A stretch of 64,000 bases of DNA from an uncultured bacterium (GTDB lineage: Bacteria > Cyanobacteriota > Vampirovibrionia > Gastranaerophilales > JAILCC01). Shown in pieces: positions 58,571 to 64,000 of the stretch. The notes under the pieces were generated by a model. It was not told where the DNA came from. It worked only from the letters and a program-made list of their open reading frames with translations, and made no database searches. The position numbers and the translations under genes were made by a program. How positions within the stretch are numbered: the first letter of the stretch is position 1; every line of letters starts with the position of its first letter. The DNA lies in contig CASDUJ010000008.1 of assembly GCA_949283935.1 (NCBI GenBank), forward strand, positions 10,957 through 74,956, given 5' to 3'.

Positions 58571-59605
58571 CTAGAAACATCTTCCGCTAGTTTTGTGACA
58601 TTTTTTTGGGGGATTTGCAACACATTTATAACATATTTCATTTTTGAGAGGTTTTCCTGAAAAAAAATCATCAAGATTTTTTAGAGTTATTTCCGCAATA
58701 TTTTTTAAGGCTTCATTTGTTAAAAATCCTTGATGAGAAGTAACCAAAACATTTGGATGAGAGACTAGCAAAGATAGCACAGTATTTTGAGTAGTTTCAT
58801 TGGATTTATCTTCAAAAAACCATTCTGATTCTTCTTCATAAACATCAAGCCCTGCAGCTCCAATTTTTCCTGATTGTAATGCAGATAAAAGAGCTTCACT
58901 GTCTATTAAACCACCTCTGGAAGTATTTATTATATAAACTCCATTTTTCATTTTTTCAATAGAATTTTTATTTATAATATGTTTAGTTTTAGTAGTTAAA
59001 GGACAATGCAAAGAGATAATATCACTTTTGGCAAACAATTCATCTAGAGAAACATAATTTATACCTGAATTTTTTTGTGGTTTAAGGTCATATGCAATAA
59101 CATTCATTCCAAATCCTTTTGCTATTTCAATAAAAATTTGACCTATTTGTCCTGTTCCTATAACACCTATAGTTTTTCCATATAAATCAAAGCCAATTAA
59201 ACCATTTAGGCTAAAATTATTATCTCTTGTTCTATTATATGCTTTGTGTAATTTTCTGTTTAAAGTAAGCAGCATTCCAATAGCATGTTCTGCTACAGCA
59301 TAAGGTGAATAACAAGGAACTCTCAATATTGTAAGTTTTTGATATGCAGCTTTAAAATCAACATTATTAAATCCTGCACATCTCATAGCTAAAACTTTTA
59401 TATTATTTTCGTAAAAAATATTTATTACATTTTTGTCTATAATATCGTTAACAAAGGCAATAGCTCCATCGCAACCTTTTGCAAAAATTGCAGTTTCTTC
59501 ATTTAATTTATTTTCTAAATAACGAAATTTATATCTATCATTATTAAGTCTGTTAAACCAAATTTTGTCGTAAGATTTTGTATCGTAAAATGCTATTTTT
59601 TTCAT
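58571..59605 (-). CDS. ldhA: D-lactate dehydrogenase (D-2-hydroxyacid dehydrogenase)
   Basis: RCAGFNNVD, YSPYAVAEH, GTGQIG, LHCPL, NTSRG, LDVYEEE and TSHQ.F motifs. Confidence 0.9.
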   Translation of the reverse strand: MKKIAFYDTKSYDKIWFNRLNNDRYKFRYLENKLNEETAIFAKGCDGAIAFVNDIIDKNVINIFYENNIKVLAMRCAGFNNVDFKAAYQKLTILRVPCYSPYAVAEHAIGMLLTLNRKLHKAYNRTRDNNFSLNGLIGFDLYGKTIGVIGTGQIGQIFIEIAKGFGMNVIAYDLKPQKNSGINYVSLDELFAKSDIISLHCPLTTKTKHIINKNSIEKMKNGVYIINTSRGGLIDSEALLSALQSGKIGAAGLDVYEEESEWFFEDKSNETTQNTVLSLLVSHPNVLVTSHQGFLTNEALKNIAEITLKNLDDFFSGKPLKNEICYKCVANPPKKCHKTSGRCF

Positions 59606-59732
59606 AAATATTATGTTTTTTATATTACACAATTATTTTAAAATTCTTTATTAAATTTGTCTTTACCTAATTGGAATTTTGAAGATTATTTTTAAAAGAT
59701 TTATTGAAATTTTATTATTGTACTTTTTACTA

Positions 59733-59917
59733 TTTACAAAGGATTAATTCTGTCTTATAATTACCATTGAGTTAGAAAATTTTGGGAAAAAATGAGAATC
59801 AGAAAATACCAAAGACGTTGTTTTTATACTAACTAAGGCTTGTATCAAATAGCCAAAGTTTTGGCATGACTTTTTTGATATAAGACCTTCTGACAACAAA
59901 AGGGTCTTATTTTTTTT
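59733..59917 (+). other. Short transcription unit: promoter, 14-codon ORF, hairpin and terminator
   Basis: TTTACA-17-TATAAT (59733-59761); ORF MRIRKYQRRCFYTN (59792-59836); terminator ataagacc/ggtcttat plus T-run (59880-59917). Confidence 0.5.
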
Positions 59918-59998
59918 CAAAAAATTAGTACTCAAAAAAAGCAAATAAAAACTTTTACATGTTTTAAAGCAAGAGAAAACTTAAAGGAGAAATCAAAT

Positions 59999-60073
59999 AT
60001 GATAAATACCCGACGTATAACTCAAGCAAATCGTAAATTAGTAAGAATAGCAAATCTCATTTGGGGTTTGTAA
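59999..60073 (+). CDS. Putative 24-aa leader peptide
   Basis: AAGGAG RBS; MINTRRITQANRKLVRIANLIWGL. It spans a stem that ends at the RBS of the next gene. Confidence 0.5.
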   Translation: MINTRRITQANRKLVRIANLIWGL

Positions 60074-60104
60074 TCCCTTGAGTTATGGAGGCTCATTAAA
60101 TTAA

Positions 60105-61493
60105 ATGACAATAGTATCAGCAATATTTTCAGCACTAGGTAATAATTCATCAATAACACAAATTGCGGTAAAAGACGGTATAGAGACTGTAGGCAGAACC
60201 GCAATGGCATATAAAGAAGGTTCAAAAACCTCGAAAAAATTCGGCGCATTAGAAGCAAGAGAAAGATTAATAGAAGCTAACGCAACTTCTTTGGTATGGC
60301 TTGGAGGAATTCCAACATTAAAGATTTTGTTTGATAAATTTTACACTAATAAAAAATACAATTTTACTCAATTAAAAGAATATGGTAAAAATGCTTTGGC
60401 CAGAACAGACATAAGATTATTAGACAAAAGTTCTCCGCAAGCATTAAAACTTGAAAATATTACAGACAAAGCATTAATTCCCCAAGTAAAAAAGATTTTA
60501 GATAATCCAAAAGCATTCAAAAATACTTTTATAAAAAGAGCAGCTATTACAACACTTATACCAATTGCTCTTGTAGGTTATGTTTTACCAAAAACAGTTT
60601 ATGCATACACACACAGAAGAATTGCAAAACAAAAAAGACAAGAACTAAAAAATGCATTTCAAAATCAAGAAGCAAATAAGGAAAATATTATTAATTCAAC
60701 TCCGGCATTTGCTACATTTATGGGAAAAGCGAAAAGGGCCAATTTATCATTTAATGGAACTATTGAAAAAATTTCAAAATATTTTACACAGCCAAATACA
60801 AATATGGTAATGGTAGATGGCGGTATTTTAGCTGGCAGAGTAGGTTCCTCGAGAAATTTTCTTGAAGGATGCGAAAGAACAATAAATGAATTAGGTTATA
60901 TTTTCTTTTTGTATTGTGGCGGAAAGTATGTAGCAAAAGGTTTAGAGGCTTTGACTAAGAAATTTGGAGGAATTCCAACTTCTTTAGATGCTAAATTACT
61001 TCAAAATAATGATTTTACAGCATCTTTAATAGCTGCTTCAAAAGATAAAACTAGAAAAGCATTGGAATTTGCCGAAAATAATGAAAAAAGCATAATAAAT
61101 TTTATAGATAAAAATCTTACTTCAAATGGCGGCAAATTTAGTAATTTAACTCTTCAAGCTGCAGAAAAAACAGGATTAGTTAATGTTGTTAAAGGGGTAA
61201 GAAATCCATTAAAATATATAGAAACAAAAGAGATTACTAATTTAAATAGTCAAATAAAAGAATTTGTAGAAACATTAGCAAAAAGTAATAATCCTGAAGC
61301 TTTAGTAAAAAAAGCTAAATTATTAAAAAGATGCTCAATTATTGCTAATATTGCAATATGTTCAGCTGTTTTAGCTTATGTACTTCCTAAACTTCAATAT
61401 ATATTTAGAAGTAAAGTTTCTCCAAATACTGTAGCCCCAGGCTTAGCTCAATATTATAACGAAGAAAATCATGTGCAAAAAATAAAAGCATAA
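60105..61493 (+). CDS. Hypothetical membrane protein with an internal two-fold repeat
   Basis: The pattern (D.G...GR...E..ER.I.E....W/Y.GG...TM..YVLPK..Y) occurs twice, separated by an NLSFNG linker. Confidence 0.75.
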   Translation: MTIVSAIFSALGNNSSITQIAVKDGIETVGRTAMAYKEGSKTSKKFGALEARERLIEANATSLVWLGGIPTLKILFDKFYTNKKYNFTQLKEYGKNALARTDIRLLDKSSPQALKLENITDKALIPQVKKILDNPKAFKNTFIKRAAITTLIPIALVGYVLPKTVYAYTHRRIAKQKRQELKNAFQNQEANKENIINSTPAFATFMGKAKRANLSFNGTIEKISKYFTQPNTNMVMVDGGILAGRVGSSRNFLEGCERTINELGYIFFLYCGGKYVAKGLEALTKKFGGIPTSLDAKLLQNNDFTASLIAASKDKTRKALEFAENNEKSIINFIDKNLTSNGGKFSNLTLQAAEKTGLVNVVKGVRNPLKYIETKEITNLNSQIKEFVETLAKSNNPEALVKKAKLLKRCSIIANIAICSAVLAYVLPKLQYIFRSKVSPNTVAPGLAQYYNEENHVQKIKA

Positions 61494-61570
61494 CGACTTA
61501 TTTTACTTTAATCTTGCAACTTTTTTAGTAAAGAGTATAGTATTTTGTATTAGAAAAAATTTTAAGGCAG

Positions 61571-62734
61571 ATGGAACAAACTAATAAAAAAGCTATAAAA
61601 ACTTTGTGGGCAGGACATTTTATGGTAGATTCATATTCAGGATTTGTCAATCCTATTATGCCATTTTTAGCTGCCAATTTGGGAATTTCTCTAGCTGTAT
61701 CAACCTTTATTTTAAGTTTATCTCATGTTTGTTCTTCTATGCTTCAACCAATATTTGGGTATTTATCTGATAATTGGAAACGAAGATTTTTTATGTTTTT
61801 TGGTCTTTTGCTTTCGTCTGTATTTTTACCTATGATTGGTGTTGCTGGTAATGTTTATGTTTTGGCCTTATTTTTGATTATTGGAAGTGTCGGAAATGGA
61901 TTTTTTCATCCGCAAGGAACTAGTTTCATTAATATTTATTCATCATCAAAAGAATTAACCAAAAACATGAGTATCTTTTTGGCAATGGGAACTTTTGGTT
62001 TTGCCTTAGGTCCTATAATATCTTCGTTTTTTGTTGAATTTTTTAATCCAAAAACATTATCGATAACTTCAATTTTTGGTATTTTAACAGCTATTTTAGT
62101 TATTTTAAATGTTCCAAGAATTTCTAGTACATACAAAAATACAGAAAAAATACATTTAATTAGTGCAATAAAAGAAATTTTCAGTAATAAATCCATGAAT
62201 ATATTGATAATGTTTTCAATTTTAAAATCATTGGCAACTCAATCTATGAGTATTTTATTACCATTTTTATGGAAAGATTTACATTATAGTGCAATTAGCA
62301 TAGGAATTTTGTTGTTTTGTTTTTTAATTGCTGGTGCATTGGGAACTATTGCAAGTTCAAAACTTGAAAAAATCTTAGGCACCAAAAAGGTTATGGTCAT
62401 GGCTTTTTGTGCTATTTTCCCTTTAACTTTATTGTTTGCTTTAAGTTATAAAATTTTTCCTGTTTTTTCATTTTTTATATTTGTTGTTATCGGTTTTTTT
62501 GCTATGCTTAGTGTTCCTATAAATATGGTTTTGGCTCATCAAGTTATGCCAAAATATAAAAGTCTAATTTCAGGTTTTATTGGTGGTTTTAGTTGGGGAG
62601 TTGTTGGACTTTCAATGTCTTTGTGTGGTTTTTTAGCTGAAAATTTTGGAATAATTAATGTTTTATTACTGGTTTCTTTTTTACCGGCAATTTTTTCAGT
62701 TTTTGTAAAATATTTACCAGAAAAAAAATCTTAG
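61571..62734 (+). CDS. MFS transporter (Fsr-like)
   Basis: HFMVDSY, QPIFGYLSD, FFHP and G..GFALGP motifs; about 12 TMs. Confidence 0.9.
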   Translation: MEQTNKKAIKTLWAGHFMVDSYSGFVNPIMPFLAANLGISLAVSTFILSLSHVCSSMLQPIFGYLSDNWKRRFFMFFGLLLSSVFLPMIGVAGNVYVLALFLIIGSVGNGFFHPQGTSFINIYSSSKELTKNMSIFLAMGTFGFALGPIISSFFVEFFNPKTLSITSIFGILTAILVILNVPRISSTYKNTEKIHLISAIKEIFSNKSMNILIMFSILKSLATQSMSILLPFLWKDLHYSAISIGILLFCFLIAGALGTIASSKLEKILGTKKVMVMAFCAIFPLTLLFALSYKIFPVFSFFIFVVIGFFAMLSVPINMVLAHQVMPKYKSLISGFIGGFSWGVVGLSMSLCGFLAENFGIINVLLLVSFLPAIFSVFVKYLPEKKS

Positions 62735-62778
62735 TAAAATATTTTTTGCATTACCCAACTGTCTAATTGAATTAAATT

Positions 62779-63927
62779 ATGAAAAATCGTAACATGTTTA
62801 GACGGTTGAGTTTCATGAATTTGGAGGAGTCTATGGCAGTCGGATTATGTGTATTTAATAAAGAAAAGAATTTTGATAGTATTCAAGAATTATTTGTTAA
62901 ACAATCTTTTATTCTGGAAAATATTTTTTCTTTTTCAAATGATGCTATTGTGGTGTTAAATCATAAAAAACATATTGTTATGTGCTCCAAAAAATTTCAA
63001 TATTGGTTTAAAGAACAAGAAGTTTTGGGGGAAAGTTTTTTAAAACTTATGAATAAAATTACTCAATTGCCTGATGATTTTTTTAAAGAAAAAAGTTATT
63101 TTATAAAAGTTAAAGATAAAGATACAGAAAAAGTTCTTAAAGCAAAAATATCTAAATATTATAAAGATTATAATAAAATTGACAGGTATGTTGTTATTTT
63201 GAAAGATGTTACAGAACAAAAAGAAATGAAAGCTCAAAAAGATAATTTTATTGCAACTTTAACGCATGATTTAAAAACTCCTGTTAGGGCAGATATTTTG
63301 TCGTTAGAATTACTGTTAAATGGTAAATTTGGAGAATTAAATTTTCAACAAAAAGAAATTTTAGGCGAAATTCTTAATTCGAATAAATTTATGATGAGTA
63401 TGCTGGATACACTTTTAGCTAAATATAAATATGAAAGTGACATGGTGCAATTAAACAAAAGTTTTTTTGATTTAAATTTACTTGTAGAAAATTGTACCAA
63501 AGAATTAAAATATCTTTTTGCTGAAAAAAATATTACTTTGAAACTTGAACTATCTTCTGAAAAACTAGAAATATATGCTGATTTTATTGAAATGAAAAGA
63601 GCTATTAACAATTTAATTTCCAACGCTATTAAATTTAATAAACAAAACGGATTAGTGACAATTTCAACAAATACAAATGAAAAAAATTGTGAAATAAAAG
63701 TTAAAGATACTGGTATTGGTATGAACGAAGAAAAAATACTTCATATTTTTGACAAATATGTAAGTTATGCCAAACGTTTTAGAAGACTAGGAACAGGATT
63801 GGGTTTATATGTAGCCAAAAAGATAATAGAAGCGCACAAAGGAACAATCGAAGTAACTTCTGTTCCTAAAAAAGGATCAGTCTTTCTAATAAAATTACCG
63901 GAATGCTTAAAAGGAAATATTGATTAA
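62779..63927 (+). CDS. PAS-domain sensor histidine kinase (soluble)
   Basis: THDLKTP H-box, NLISNAIKF, DTGIG and GTGLGL motifs. Alternative start at 62833 has a GGAGGA RBS. Confidence 0.92.
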   Translation: MKNRNMFRRLSFMNLEESMAVGLCVFNKEKNFDSIQELFVKQSFILENIFSFSNDAIVVLNHKKHIVMCSKKFQYWFKEQEVLGESFLKLMNKITQLPDDFFKEKSYFIKVKDKDTEKVLKAKISKYYKDYNKIDRYVVILKDVTEQKEMKAQKDNFIATLTHDLKTPVRADILSLELLLNGKFGELNFQQKEILGEILNSNKFMMSMLDTLLAKYKYESDMVQLNKSFFDLNLLVENCTKELKYLFAEKNITLKLELSSEKLEIYADFIEMKRAINNLISNAIKFNKQNGLVTISTNTNEKNCEIKVKDTGIGMNEEKILHIFDKYVSYAKRFRRLGTGLGLYVAKKIIEAHKGTIEVTSVPKKGSVFLIKLPECLKGNID

Positions 63928-64000
63928 TAATCTTCGTGTTTTTCTTTTTTTTCAAGTTTAGTTATTACTTTATCTATTAATCCATAATCTTTTGCTTCTT
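63924..64000 (-). CDS. clpP: ClpP protease, C-terminal fragment (runs off window)
   Basis: Manual translation ...EAKDYGLIDKVITKLEKKEKHEDY* matches the ClpP C-terminal EA.EYGLID.V motif. Confidence 0.8.
   Translation of the reverse strand, partial: EAKDYGLIDKVITKLEKKEKHEDY

Noticed and set aside
60020-60075. c-di-GMP-I riboswitch (two GCAAA motifs)
   Set aside because: No GNRA-capped P2 stem or tetraloop receptor; better explained as a uORF plus stem.
1-64000. Many ORF-track entries antisense to or nested in clear genes (e.g. 625-1083, 2263-2802, 14440-14940, 27255-27980, 47377-47901, 49656-50147)
   Set aside because: Shadow ORFs rich in F/S/I/L that mirror A-rich coding strands, with no recognisable motifs.

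Overview
AT-rich chromosomal window, most likely from a non-photosynthetic cyanobacterial relative (Melainabacteria/Vampirovibrionia, Gastranaerophilales-like). This is inferred from the cyanobacterial-type rpoZ, RNase E and DivIVA-like genes, the lipid A genes, a fermentative D-LDH and lineage-typical pilin-like proteins. Most of the window is housekeeping: aroQ (partial), coaD, clpB, speD, flagellin, ogt, rpoZ, hpf, rsmD, dnaN-recF, tRNA-Met, argS, fabF-acpP, rne, lpxI-lpxB, pgsA, trmL, yceD-rpmF-plsX-fabD-fabG, relA/spoT, ldhA and clpP (partial). The probable replication origin lies upstream of dnaN, with no dnaA beside it. I saw no CRISPR array, transposase or prophage. The most unusual signals are: (1) an out-of-frame uORF ending CCC-TGA over the start of speD, a candidate +1 frameshift or uORF control; (2) an orphan, decayed Csm5-like RAMP gene divergent from a CU-rich sRNA candidate; (3) a membrane-anchored ORF ending in RAP-stop, followed by an unannotated 42-aa membrane protein; (4) a His/Cys-rich RHH-like regulator with a palindrome over its -35, divergent from clpB; (5) a ~170-190 nt structured RNA after rsmD; (6) sigma28-type promoters before a degenerate HD-GYP gene and two tiny ORFs; (7) two Arg-rich leader-peptide units before a membrane protein gene; (8) a sharp A/T strand-skew flip around the putative oriC. 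All calls come from reading motifs by eye; no database searches or folding programs were run.
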